Source: Octopus sinensis
Lineage: Eukaryota
DNA length: 64,000 nucleotides
NCBI RefSeq assembly: GCF_006345805.1
Contig: NC_043004.1
Span: 17,174,001-17,238,000 of the forward strand
Direction of reading: 5' to 3'
Part shown: piece after piece, positions 1 to 11,669 of the stretch
Layout: each line of letters opens with the position of its first letter
How positions within the stretch are numbered: the stretch's first letter is position 1
Made by a program: the position numbers and the translations under genes
Notes under the pieces: generated by a model
Seen by the model: only the letters and a program-made list of their open reading frames with translations
Database searches by the model: none
Told to the model about the DNA's origin: nothing

Positions 1-204
1 TAGCCATTAAAAAAAAACCTCACAATAACTGTTAACTTCACTTAAACATTTATTATTTGGTGTCAAAATTTTCGTGAACTTAATAATTTTGTTTATTTTT
101 GAAAGGCGAATATGTGCCTAACATGCTGTAATTGTTTTGTTTCAACACATGGTCTTAACTCTTACAAATGCCCCCCGAAATATTTGTAATATATTCCAAT
201 AAGT

Positions 205-419
205 GAAGGCAGCGACCTGACAGAATCGTTAGCACATCGGGCAAAATGCTTAACGGTATTTCGCCCGTCGCTACGTTCTGAGTTCAAATTCTGCCGAGGT
301 CGACTTTGCCATTCATCCTTCCGGGGTCGATTAAAATAAGTACCATTTGAACACGGTGATCAATGTAAACTACTTAACCCCTCCCCCGAATTTGCTGGCT
401 ATATACCAAAGTTTGAAAC
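205..419 (+). mobile_element. SINE-A copy (tRNA-derived SINE, ~215 bp)
   Basis: Head GGCAGCGACCTGACAGAATCGTTAGC, B-box-like GAGTTCAAATTC and body GTCGACTTTGCC..CATCCTT..GGGGTCGAT..AAGTACCA, shared with about 19 copies in the window. Confidence 0.85.
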
Positions 420-651
420 TAATATGTAAAGTATATGTTACAATTTACAAGAATATATTTAAAGAGGGATACGCTAATTTTTACGATACTTAAGAAAGTT
501 AAAGTTTAAAAGGACTTAGCAAAATATCAATCCCATAAATATCATTGTTTTTACCTCACGAATACACTATGTCTGTGTATTACCCTGTATACAACCCGAT
601 AGAAGAAGTACTCAATGCTTAAAGTAGAGTTAATAATGATAATTCTTTTTA

Positions 652-1443
652 ATTTTGCTACAAAGCCAGCAGTTTTAGAGGGTGTGAGTTAATCGATTAC
701 ATTGACCCCAGAACTTACTTTATCAACCCCGAAAAGATGAGAGGTGAAATCGACCTTGAATGCATTTGAGCTCATAACGTAAACAGCCGGAAGAAACACC
801 GTTATGCGTTTTGTCCGGTGCAGTAAAGATCCTACCAGCGCATCCCTTTTTATAGTAGTTAGCAATAATGGTTTCTAATTTAGGCACAAGGTAAGCAATC
901 TAAGAGGGAGGAGAATGGTCAACAACACCGACTCCAGTACGTGACCGGTACTTTATTTTATCGCCACTGAGGAGGCGAAAGGCAGCTGACCACAAAGGTT
1001 TTTGAATTCAGCACGTTAAAGCCAGAAGAAATGTTGCTAAGCATTTTGTTTCGCATGTGAGTGATTTTACCAGCTTGCCACCTAAGTTAATGTTATCATA
1101 TCAACAAAAGAGCAGATTTTCACCGACATTTCTTCCAGGATTTGTGTTGACACTTGTCCAAAACAACGGATGTGTCGGTGAAAATCTGTTTGATAGCTAC
1201 AACTATAAAATTTAGTAAAACAAGTCCTACTAATAGTGATTCCAAATTTTGGCACATGGTCAATGGCAAGAGTGAAAAGTCGATTACATTGATCTTAATA
1301 CTCAACTGCTACTTATTTTATCGACCTCGAAATGATGAAAGGCAAAGTGACCTTGGCGGAATTTGAACTCAGAACTTAAAGACGGACAAAATGTCGCTAA
1401 GCATTTTGTCCGGCATGCTAATGATTCTGCCAGATCACCGCCT
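652..1443 (-). mobile_element. Cluster of three decayed SINE-A copies (~652-845, 868-1083, 1240-1443)
   Basis: Each matches the reverse complement of the SINE-A body (e.g. GGCGGAATTTGAACTCAGAAC, CTAAGCATTTTGTCCGGC). Confidence 0.75.
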
Positions 1444-1639
1444 GACAATTATTAAAATTCTGCTATTCAAATTTGAATATATATCTAACAGTTAAACAAG
1501 GATATTATTACGTACGTGAAAGATACAGCTAAAAACGTAATGAGAGGGCAGAGATAGAAATATAATGATAAAGAGGGAAATAAAAGTAGAAAGAAGCACA
1601 CACACACACAAACACACACATACACACATACACATACAC

Positions 1640-1808
1640 ACAACTGGCTTCCATGCACTTTCTGTTTACTAAATTCACTCATGAAGCATTGGTCGATGCG
1701 GAACTATAAAAGAAGACACTCGACCAAAGTGCTGCGCACTGTGAGAGTGAACTCTAACCCACGTGGTTGCAAAGTGTGCTTCTTAACCACTCAGCCAAGC
1801 CTGCGCCA
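1640..1808 (-). mobile_element. SINE-B 5' half, decayed
   Basis: Similar to the SINE-B head region (AGAAGACAC..CAAAGTGC..CACGTGGTTG..CTTAACCAC.CAGCC). Confidence 0.65.
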
Positions 1809-2029
1809 TAAGCCATGAAATTCCCATAGAAAAAAAAACTGACCTTCTTCAAATACCTTGTCTGGTGACAACATAAATTCTTTTGTCTAGGATAAGAAGG
1901 GGGAAGATTCTGAAAAACGAAAGGTTGATAAAATGAGGTCACATCTAAAAAAAAAAGTGTAAGAAGGATCTGCCGAATGAAACAGCAGAAGCAAGTACGA
2001 AGACACGCGTATCATAAGTATAATGGTAA

Positions 2030-2150
2030 TTAACAGAACAGCAACAACGAAAGCAACTGCTACAACACCAACAACAATAACAACCAGAACAAGAACAAGA
2101 AAAACAACAATGAATTATACAACAACAAATACGACGAAAATAATTTACAA
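2030..2150. repeat. Degenerate (CAA)n low-complexity tract
   Basis: Runs of caa/aca triplets. Confidence 0.8.
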
Positions 2151-3178
2151 TAAATATGCCTGAATAGAATGTAGCAGGTCGATGATGTCTAATTGAGTGA
2201 ATTATGTCTACGGTTGTCCTTTCCTTCAACCAAAGATCTGATTAGAATTGCCTTGCTCTCATCCTTTAAATTGACTTTCAGGCATTAATTTTTCGAGTCT
2301 TTAAATTACCTCTCCATTCTTTAGGAATTGCTAACATTTACCTTAGGGTTTTGCTGTCTTTCTGAAACTAAGAAATAAAATCTTGTTAATTGACAATATT
2401 CGCTCTACAGTATTCGGTACATCACACCTTAATTTAATTATTCTTGGTCCTTGTAGAAAGTAAAGACTTTGGCGTGTTTTTCGTGATGAAGCGTTCTTAT
2501 AAACTTAGAAATAACAATTTGATGAGAAATAAAACGATGACAAAGAATTTATTGTTTGAAAATTTCTAAACAGCGGTTTTGTCTAGCATCAAACAGGAGG
2601 ACACAAATAGATCAACCAAAACAAAAGAGATTTACCATCCCGTTGTACCATTCTTTATTCGGGAATTTATTCCACCATTGTCTTTTGTACACTGTTCGAC
2701 TTATTTATAGTTACTGAAGAATAAACATGAAGGAAATAAGTAGACGAATAAATCGAAAACAAAACAGATGAATAGAGAGATAAATATACAAATTGTTAAA
2801 CATTTCTAGAAGATTAAATCTACGGTAAAGAAATAAACCTTCGGCAAAAGATCAATGACAATAGGAACAATTTAAAAGCAAATAACACAAAAGTAAAAAG
2901 AATCATAATTATTTGCGAATAAATTTTTACTTATTTAGACTATTGTTCCCAGTTTTAAACAAAGCTTAGGTGCGTCAATGCTTCCGGTTCAGTTGAAATA
3001 TTTTGGTTAGTTGTATAGACATTGTCTGGAGAGAATTAGTTTTAGCAAACTAAAGATTAAATGAGATAAGCTGTGGAGAAGGGGGCTATGCAAAAGACCA
3101 CACATATATTAATATATTAAAGTAACAAACTTCCACACATGGCTAATACGTACATATATATATGTATATATATATATA

Positions 3179-3214
<36 letters not shown>

Positions 3215-3255
3215 ATTAACATATATCTATATGAGCACATATATATATATATATG

Positions 3256-3288
<33 letters not shown>

Positions 3289-3370
3289 GATATATATATA
3301 TGATATATATATATATAGATAGATACATATATATATGCATATATACATATATATATGTATATACATGTAC

Positions 3371-3745
3371 AGGCATGGCTGTCTGGTAAGAAGCTTACTT
3401 CCCAACCACATTGTTCCGAGTTCAGTTCCACTGCGTGGTTCCTTGGGCAAATGCCTTCTACTATAGCCTCGAGCCGACCAAATCCTTGGGAGTGAATTTG
3501 GTAGACGGAAACTGAAATAATCCCGTCGTGTATGTATGTGTGTGTGTATATGTTTGTGTGTTTGTGTTTGTCCTCTGACCATCGCTTGACAACGGATGTT
3601 GGTGTGTTTAAGTCCCCCGTAACTTAGCGGTTAGGCAAAAGAGACCGATAAAATAAGTATCAATGTCGATTTACTCGACTAAAGGTGATGCACCAGCACA
3701 TCCGCAGTCACATGACTGAAACCAATAAAAGAATAAAAGAAATAA
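3371..3745 (+). mobile_element. SINE-B, near full length (tRNA-like head, internal (TG/TA)n, (TAAAAGAA)n-like tail)
   Basis: AGGCATGGCTGTCTGGTAAGAAGCTT head, GAGTTCAGTTCC B box, conserved GGTAGACGGAAACTGAAA and GACTGAAACC.ATAAAAGAA tail. Confidence 0.85.
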
Positions 3746-3746
3746 C

Positions 3747-3788
<42 letters not shown>

Positions 3789-3964
3789 ATTTATGTATAC
3801 ATCCATACATATATATATGCATGCATGTAAGTATGTATATGTATATATATGTACTATGTGTGTGTATGCACTTATATATGGAGAGAGACACATAGACAAA
3901 TACATACGTATTTTAAGAGAGAGAGAGAGAGAGAGAGATTGAAAGATGCAAGTATACATATATG

Positions 3965-4230
3965 TTAACCACCACAGGAAATTCGCGCGACAACAGGGAT
4001 ATTGACTGCCTCTACCTAAAACGTAAACGAGAACGCAAAGTTTTGACTTCGATTCAAACAGCTCTTAATGTCGGATCATATCTCTTTGACAGCTTCGAAA
4101 CGCATCCATGAATCAAGTTTGCATACATGAGGCAAATAACACCATCTATCTTCGACACAAAAGACAAGCAGCATCAGCTGATAACAAATGTACGTGCGCT
4201 ATGCAAAACCAAGACCGAAGACATTAATAT
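3965..4230 (+). pseudogene. Remnant of a restriction-like-endonuclease LINE (R4/Dong-like), post-RT region
   Basis: Translates TGNSRDNRDIDCLYLKRKRERKVLTSIQTA, resembling the recalled DIDRLY..RK.GGRGL.SI motif of these LINEs. Confidence 0.5.
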
Positions 4231-4654
4231 GTCTTTACTTCTGATGTACCATTTCCTATATTCATCAAAGTGAAAAAGGACTCACTTTCTTTTACTTTTT
4301 ATTTATTATTTTTTTGCGTAATATAGAAACTTTACAAACCAAAATCATTTCATTTCAACTGACAGAACACTAGATATATTGATATAAACATATAAGCTCA
4401 AATATGAACGTTTGTATAAAGTATGAATGTATATAAACACGCATCAGCGGATACGAATAATAGTCAAAATTTCGAATACCAGCGGCAATCTCAGCACCCA
4501 TGCTGCATCAGTCCTATTATCCTTGCTACAATGCGCTAGTTAGACGAACCAACATAAACTACAATTTCTAGAAAATGAAACTGTGAAATTATATGCAAAA
4601 CAAAAATTCGATATTAAGCTGAAGAAGTACTCAATACTTTTTAGTAAAGTACAT

Positions 4655-4761
4655 TCTTTTATTCTTTTACTAGTTTCTGTCATTTAACCGCGGCCATGCT
4701 GGAGCATCGCCTTTAGTCGAACAAATCGATCCTAGGACTTATTCTTTGTAAGCCTATTTAT

Positions 4762-4837
<76 letters not shown>

Positions 4838-5146
4838 CCTCTTTTAAGTCCTGCTTGTGTTACTTATTTTGACACTCCGCAAAATCCCAAATTTTATTAA
4901 TTTGCTTTGCGGGAGCAACTGTTTTATCGAAAGCGTATATTGTTGCTAAATGCTCGAAATACGAGACTAGAAAAACACCCAACGACTGATGGAGGGTTGT
5001 TCTTTATGTTGTTTCTTTTGTTTTCGATTTGTGTCATTCGTTGTTCGAAAGAATAGTTCCATGTACTCGTGCTTCGTATTTTTTTGTTGTACACGTATTA
5101 TGACGGCCTGTGCCCACATATGCATATATATATATATAAATATATG

Positions 5147-5233
<87 letters not shown>

Positions 5234-5490
5234 ATTATTTATATATATATATTATTATATCATTATTATATATATATGTATATTCTTTTATTTGTTTCAG
5301 TTATTTGACTGCGGCCATGCTGTAACACCGACTTTAGCCAAACAAATTGATCTTAGAACTTATTCTTTGTAAGCCTAGTACTTATTTTATCTTTCTCTTT
5401 TGCTGAACTGCTAAGTTACATGGACGTAAGCACACGAACATTGGTTATCAAGTGATGGTGGTGGGAACAAACACAGACACACAAACATAG
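4655..5490 (-). mobile_element. Two SINE-B 3' fragments (4655-4756, 5283-5490) separated by (TA)n tracts
   Basis: GCGGCCATGCTG..GCACCG.CTTTAG..AACAAAT.GATC..AG.ACTTATTCTTTGTAAGCCTA in both. Confidence 0.75.
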
Positions 5491-5519
5491 ACCATAAGCT
5501 TTTAACTTATATAAATACC

Positions 5520-5589
5520 ATTATTATTATTATTGTTATTATTGTTATTATTCTTATTATTATTATTATTATTATTATTATTAGCAGCA

Positions 5590-5637
<48 letters not shown>

Positions 5638-5640
5638 CCG
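5520..5640. repeat. Compound (TTA)n-(GCA)n microsatellite
   Basis: Direct reading. Confidence 0.9.
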
Positions 5641-5920
5641 TATAATGTACATGTCTATTAAACTTTTACAAGAAAAGTGTTGACAGTGTCTTCGAAGTTT
5701 CGGCATGCTAGCCTTCGTCAAACTGCATATGTGTGTGTGCATGCATGTATGTATATATGTGTGCATATATTTTATGTTCAGAATAGACTAAACAGGACAG
5801 TAAGAGGCATGTGGGGAGAGAGTTACTGAAGAGGTCACAGGATATAAAACGAAAGATTGCAGACGCAGGACACTAAAATACGAACAATCATAAAGCTGAA
5901 GTGAAGGACGAGTATACAGT

Positions 5921-6303
5921 AAGTACCTTGCTTACCAACCACATGGTTCCGGGTTCAGTCCCACTGCATAGCACCTTGGGCAAGCGTCTTCTACTATAGC
6001 CTCTGGCCGACCAAAGCCTTGTGAGTGGATTTGGTAGACGGAAACTGAAAGAAGCCCATCGTCTATATGTATATGTATATGTGTGTGTGAGTGTATGTGT
6101 GTGTGTGTGTGTGTGTGTATGTGTCTGTTGTCCCCAACAACATCGCTTGATAACCGATGCTGGTGTGTTTACGTCCCCATAACTTAGCGGTTCGGCAAAA
6201 CAGACCGATAGAATAAGTACTAGGCTTACAAAGTCGATTTACTTGACTGGAGGCGGTGCTCCAGCATGGCCGCAGTCAAATGACTGAAACAAGTAAAAGA
6301 GTA
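5921..6303 (+). mobile_element. SINE-B, lacking the first ~20 nt
   Basis: GCTTACCAACCACATGGTTCCGGGTTCAGTCCCACTGC...GACTGAAACAAGTAAAAGAGTA. Confidence 0.9.
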
Positions 6304-6344
6304 GTGCGTGTGTTTATTCGGCAAAAATATATGAGTGTCCTTGT

Positions 6345-6557
6345 GGTCATGCTGGGGCACCGCCTTTATCCGAGCAAATCGATCCCAGTACTTATTCTTT
6401 GTAAGCCTAGTACTTATTCTATCGGTCTCTTTTGCCGAACAGCTAAGTTACAGAGACGTAAACACACCAGCGTTGGTTGTCAAGCGATGTTGGTAGGACA
6501 AACATAGACACACAAACATATATACACACACATATATATTTATATATATATACATAT

Positions 6558-6613
<56 letters not shown>

Positions 6614-6793
6614 AATATATATATATATTTATATATATATATATATTCATATACGACGGGTTTCTTTCAGTTTCCATCTACTAATACGCTCACAAGGCTT
6701 TGGTCGGCCCGAGGCTATAGTAGAAGACACTTGCCCAAGGTGCCACGCAGTGGGTCTGAACCCGGAATCATGTGGTTGGTAAGCAAGCTACTT
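6345..6793 (-). mobile_element. SINE-B body, head cut at the ORF1-element insertion site
   Basis: Full body on the minus strand, ending at CATGTGGTTGGTAAGCAAGCTACTT where non-SINE sequence begins. Confidence 0.9.
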
Positions 6794-7310
6794 TATTTCA
6801 TACAATTTGCCATAGGAGCATAACGTAGAGTAACTGCGGGCTGGACAATTGCATTAATGGGATGAAATGAATATAGAAATATGAATGAGGGAAACGAACG
6901 GCGCCCGCCGACCGCCGTCTCCCGAAAACAATGTTCTTTTTAGAATAAACAAAATGAGGTTTCAAACTTCTTATCATTTTACAATGACGAGGCTTTCCTA
7001 CCTCTTACCCGTAGTCCTCTTCTTCAACATCTTCAAATTCATTATCACTTCTGACCCCGTACCCCGCCATTTCCCACGCCTCACTCAAGCTCAAAGTGTG
7101 TGCCATACCGGTGACACCTGGCCATAAGTGATACTCCTCTATGAGTCCCTTCAACTTTGTATCACGAGCAACTTTATGAACTCCACAGCTATCTGCGGAG
7201 GCCAATCGGGATCCCGTGTGCAGGCCAGAACTACTCCCTCTTGGTGCTTCTCCACCACCTTCTCCATCTCCACGCCCCTGTAGAAGAATACTAGTAATTC
7301 TTCTTCATTG
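6794..7310 (-). mobile_element. 3' portion of an ORF1-only non-LTR-like element (family member 2)
   Basis: Minus frame reads LLVFFYRGVEMEKVVEKHQEGVVLACTRDPDWPPQIA, homologous to FFYH...FIDRPEWPPQVA at ~39040-39150; shares 3' UTR motifs GCGCCCGCCGACC and AACA.TGTTCTTTTA and terminus CTATGGCAAAT..TGAAATA with 38616-40451. Confidence 0.8.
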
Positions 7311-7313
7311 TTG

Positions 7314-7315
<2 letters not shown>

Positions 7316-7355
<40 letters not shown>

Positions 7356-7510
7356 CAGCGGCAGCGGCGGTTGTGGTGGTGGTGGTAGTAGTAGTAGTAA
7401 TAGCAGCAGCAGCGGTGACGGTAGTAGTAGTAGTAGTAGTAGTAGCGGCGGCGGCGGCGGTTGTGGTGGTGGTGGTAGTAGTAGTAGTAATAGCAGCAGC
7501 AGCGGTGGCG

Positions 7511-7549
<39 letters not shown>

Positions 7550-7690
7550 CAGCAGCAGCAGCGGTGGCGGTGGCGGCGGTAGTAGTAGTAGTAATTGCTG
7601 TTGTTGCTATTGTTTTGGTCCTTGTTTTTGTTGTCCGTGTCGCCTGGGTTGTTGCTGGTTTCTGTTGTTGTGGTTGTCGTAGTTGTTGTT
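7316..7690. repeat. Compound (AGT)n/(GGC)n/(GGT)n/(GTT)n microsatellite with a duplicated higher-order unit
   Basis: Block GCGGCGGTTGTGGTGGTGGTGGTAGTAGTAGTAGTAATAGCAGCAGCAGCGGTG occurs twice. Confidence 0.9.
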
Positions 7691-8107
7691 TGGGGTCAGA
7701 TCAACCTCACTCCGGCAAATCAATGCCTAAAAACCTTCTACTGAAATTTTTGCCCTTTCTTTTTTTCTTTTTTCAATAGAGCTATAAGGTATCTGAACGA
7801 AATTAATCAATGAATCTCCCTTTCATTTAAAACAATAGAGGGTGCTTTGAAAGGCATAGATAAAGACTTTGTTTTCCCCTCACAAGAAGTACAGAATACT
7901 GCTACGATATATATCTCTATTGTACACTGTGCAATCACTCGTGAATCATTAATGGATTATTAGCGCTGAAGTATTAAAGATTTCAGGCATAAAAAAAGAA
8001 GATATCCAAAAGGCCTTCTTTTGAAGATGAATTCATATTTAGCTTGTCCCAAGCGATGAGATAAATGCATAAGCATAGTGTGTGCTCACAAATATACAAT
8101 ATCACAT

Positions 8108-8425
8108 GCGCACATAGCCTAGTCGTTAGAGCAGCGGACTCGCGGTCGAGGGATCGCGGGTTCGAATCTCAGACCGGGCGATGTGTGTGTTTATGAGCGA
8201 AATGTATAAGTCTCAAGTATAAGTTCCACGCGGCTCCGGCAGAAAGTAATGGCGAACTTCTGCTTACTCTTTCGCCACAACTTTCTTTCACTCTTTCCTC
8301 CTGCATCTTGTAGCTCACTTGCGATGTATCGGCGTCCCGTCCAGGTGGGGAATCTATACACCATGGAAACCGGGAAACCGGCCCTTATGAGCCAGGCATG
8401 GCTCAAGAAGGAACAAACAAACAAC
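8108..8425 (+). mobile_element. tRNA-derived SINE of a third family (Meta-domain-like centre)
   Basis: A box TAGCCTAGTCGTTAG, B box GGTTCGAATC; centre GCGATGTATCGGCGTCCCGTCCAGG..GAAACCGGGAAACCGGCCCTTATGAGCC resembles the recalled MetaSINE central domain; (AAAC)n tail. Confidence 0.65.
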
Positions 8426-8964
8426 ATATATGTGTGTATGTGTGTGTGAGCGTGTGTGTATTGTGTATACATATATGAGCATATATGGTCACAGATATTA
8501 CATGCGCGCATTCATACATATACACACACATGCACACTCACATATACATATATCTATATACCTATATATACATATATATATATACACAAATTTATGTAAG
8601 TGATGTGTGTGTGTGTGTAATGATGTGTATAGCATATCTCTTATAACAAATGCGAATGTCAGTGTGTCAGTGTGTCACATGTTTTCAACTTTACTCCTAG
8701 AAGCTGTAGCCCAACATATCAAACCATTTTGGAATCAGGCCGACTCCATGAGTAAATTAAAACCATTTCGGGTCGAAACCGGATCCACAATTCTGAAATT
8801 TAGGATTCCCAACTTTTCATTACAGCGATTTTTTTTCTTTACCTGATTTTTGTGACGAAACTTTTTGTACGATAACAATTTCTATAACTTGGAAATAAAT
8901 TTGGGAATAATTGAAATTAATTGCGAAATCCAGCGAAAGTCACCCATGAAATAGAAATAATTTT

Positions 8965-11205
8965 TTGTGCGGAAAGGAGCTACGTACATCGAATTGTCTG
9001 TATCCTGAAGTTTACAAATACTACACCTACAAGGCTGGAAAATTCGAGAGGAAAAAGCAAGGAGAACCTCATCCAACTGAACCTGGAATCAAAATGGGAG
9101 ATGTGCTTGGGAGGGTTTTTACAGTTCATCCAAGAAATCCTGAATGCTTCTTTCTCAAATGGTTGCTTCATCACTTAAGGGATCCAACATCATTTCAAGA
9201 TATGAAAACAATTGATTGAGTTGTCGAAGAGACTTACAGACAAGCATGTATCGAGCTTCGCCTTACAGAAGATGATCATCGTTGGGATAAGACTCTGGAG
9301 GACACAATTGCAACAAATTCTCCAAAACAAGTCGGAGATCTGTTTACAGTAATGATTGTCACTCTCCAACCTAGTTATTCTTCGGGAAAAATATCAGGAG
9401 GCTCTCAGTGAGGATATTTTTCAAATGAGACTTGCTCATCCAGGATTGCAATTGAATACTCAGATTGCAAATTTTGCACTCTGTGAAATTGAAGACAAAG
9501 TGATGAACTTGGCTCAAAGAGATCTCAGCAATTTTTGTCTGTCAAAGCCAAACAGAGAAACTGGACAAATCAACAGAGAAATTTTGAGAGAAACAGGATA
9601 CTATATAGAAGAATTGCGGCAATGTGTTCAAAGCAATGAATCCCTGTTGAACCAAGACCAACAGTAAATGTATCAGAAGGTCCTTGATGATATCAACAGC
9701 AACGATGGAGGGATTGTCTTCTTGGATACACCTGGAGGTACTGGTAAAATTTTTATAGCTAACCTTCTTTTATCTGCAGTGAGTCTCCAAAACAAAGTAG
9801 CTCTGGCAGTAGCAACCTCTGGAATTGCTGCTAACCTCTTGCCTGGAGGACGTACAGTACTCAGCACCTTCAAATTTCCATTGGATTTGAACAATAATGA
9901 AACCGCCATTTGCAATATCAAGAGGGAAACCAACTTGGCTAAGCTGCTGGTGGAGATGGCACACAAGCGAACATTTGACAAAACACTCCAAGACGTTAGA
10001 CAGAATTCACAAATCATGGGAGCTATCACTGTGCTACTCCCTGGTGATTTTAGACAAACATTACCAGTCATTACAAGAGAAATTCCAGCTGATGAAATCA
10101 ATGATTGCCTGAAAATGTTTTACATCTGGAGCCATGTTCAAAAACTCAGCCTGAAAACAAACATGAGAGTTGGAATCACAGATGACCTTGAAGCAGGAAG
10201 ATTTGCTGCTTTGTTGTTGCAGCTTGGCAATGGAACCATCAAAATGAACTAAAACGGAGATATTTCACTCCCAAATGGTTCTGGAGTTTCAGTCTCAAGT
10301 ATCCAAGAATTGATTAACCATGTTTATCCAAACATTAAACACCATTTCATGGATTCAAACTGGCTTTGTGAGAGGGCCATAGAGGATCGACTTCAAGGGT
10401 TGTCAGAAGAATTGAGGAAACATACATTATGCTAGGGATCAAAAAAGGCGGCGAGCTGGCAGAAACGTTAGCACACAGGGCGAAATGCTTAACGGTATTG
10501 CGTCTGTCGTTGCGTTCTGAGTTCGACTTTGCCTTTCATCCTTTCGGGGTCGATAAATTAAGTACCAGTTACGCACTGGGGTCGATGTAATCGACTTAAT
10601 CCGTTTGTCTGTCCTTGTTTGTCCCCTCTATGTTTAGCTCCTTGTGGGCAATAAAGAAACACATATTAGCTCCCAAAAATCAAACTGTGGATAGCATCAA
10701 CTGGAAACTTCTCCAAGAAATTCCAAAAGAAACCATGAAGTACCTTTCAACTGAGACTGTGGTTGAACTCATTGAATCCTCCTGGAATGCCATCACACGA
10801 GCTGAAACTAAAAGAAAATGTGCCAATTATGCTATTGATAAATTTGGATCCTCCAAAGCTTTGTAATGGAACAAGGCTAATTGTCAAGAAGATGCTTTCT
10901 AATCTCTTGGAAGCAGAGAACCTTTCTTGTCCAGGAAAGGAGGAAAGAGTTTTAACTCCAAGAATCCCCTTAATGCCTTCAGATTTTCCTTTTGATTTCA
11001 AAACACTTCAGTTTCAAGTGCGAGTGGGCTATGCAATGCCAATCAATAAGTCCCAATGACATTCATTGAAAGTAACTGGGATTCATCTTATGGAACCCTG
11101 CTTTTCTCACGGCCAGCTCTATGCTGGTTTTCAAGGGTTGGAAATGGAAACAAGCTATTTGTACTGACCTCGAATGGGAAGGCCAAAAATGTTGTTTGTC
11201 ATGCA
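8965..11205 (+). pseudogene. Helitron RepHel helicase region (PIF1-like SF1B), frameshifted and stop-interrupted
   Basis: LGRVFTVHPRNPECFFL, PTSFQDMKT, Walker [83 protein letters not shown]; no HUH Rep motifs seen. Confidence 0.92.
10447..10659 (+). mobile_element. Young SINE-A inserted in the Helitron
   Basis: GGCGGCGAGCTGGCAGAAACGTTAGC ... CTTGTGGGCAATAAAGAAA; removing 10382-10665 restores the helicase frame ERA-ILAPKN. Confidence 0.9.
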
Positions 11206-11669
11206 GCTGGCAATAAGTTCCAAATAGACAAATTATATCAGTTTTGATGAAACTGTTAATTGTTTGAAAAATATTGTTCAAGTTTAATAAAATTTTATAT
11301 ATATTCAATGTATAAAGTGTTATTGTTGGGCCCAAAGCCTAATCAAGGGCCCTCTGCAGGAGCTAGCTCAAAAATCACCCTATCGGGTGGCTTTCAAGTA
11401 GGTTTGTAATATATGTACAAAGATAACTGTAAATATTTTGTCTCGAAGAGAACATCTAATGCAGCTGCATGTGTGTATATTGATTTAATTCAAGTTTGGC
11501 CAGCTCCTGCACTATTGGAAGGAAAGTTTCAACTTAGCTCAGAAATTCCGGGGTTGTTTGTCACTGAGGAAACCAAGTCAGACTCAAATACCGGTGACTG
11601 GCGATCCACTGGCTTCATTCTCAGTAGATTCTGTTTTTTTTTTATGTACAAAGTCTCTTGAGAAAGATT

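Larger units (their letters stand above)
8637..11401 (+). mobile_element. Internally deleted Helitron
   Basis: 5' A|TC start (TCTCTTATAACAAATGCGAATGTCAGTGTGTC); PIF1-like helicase remnants; 3' hairpin CACCC-TATC-GGGTG (11376-11389) followed 8 nt later by GTAG, a variant of the CTRR end. Confidence 0.8.

Noticed and set aside
2230-2760. Possible old LINE RT remnant on minus (PKEWR-like)
   Set aside because: Single short motif, insufficient support.
5900-5935. SINE-B at 5921 starts at about the same position as the ORF1-element target site
   Set aside because: Upstream sequence lacks the CTATGGCAAAT..GAAATA terminus and UTR motifs; could be ordinary truncation or decay, so not counted as a third targeted insertion.
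8108-8180. tRNA gene calls for tRNA-like heads (also 63440-63512)
   Set aside because: A and B boxes are present, but there is no complete acceptor stem or T-run terminator and the sequences continue into SINE bodies.
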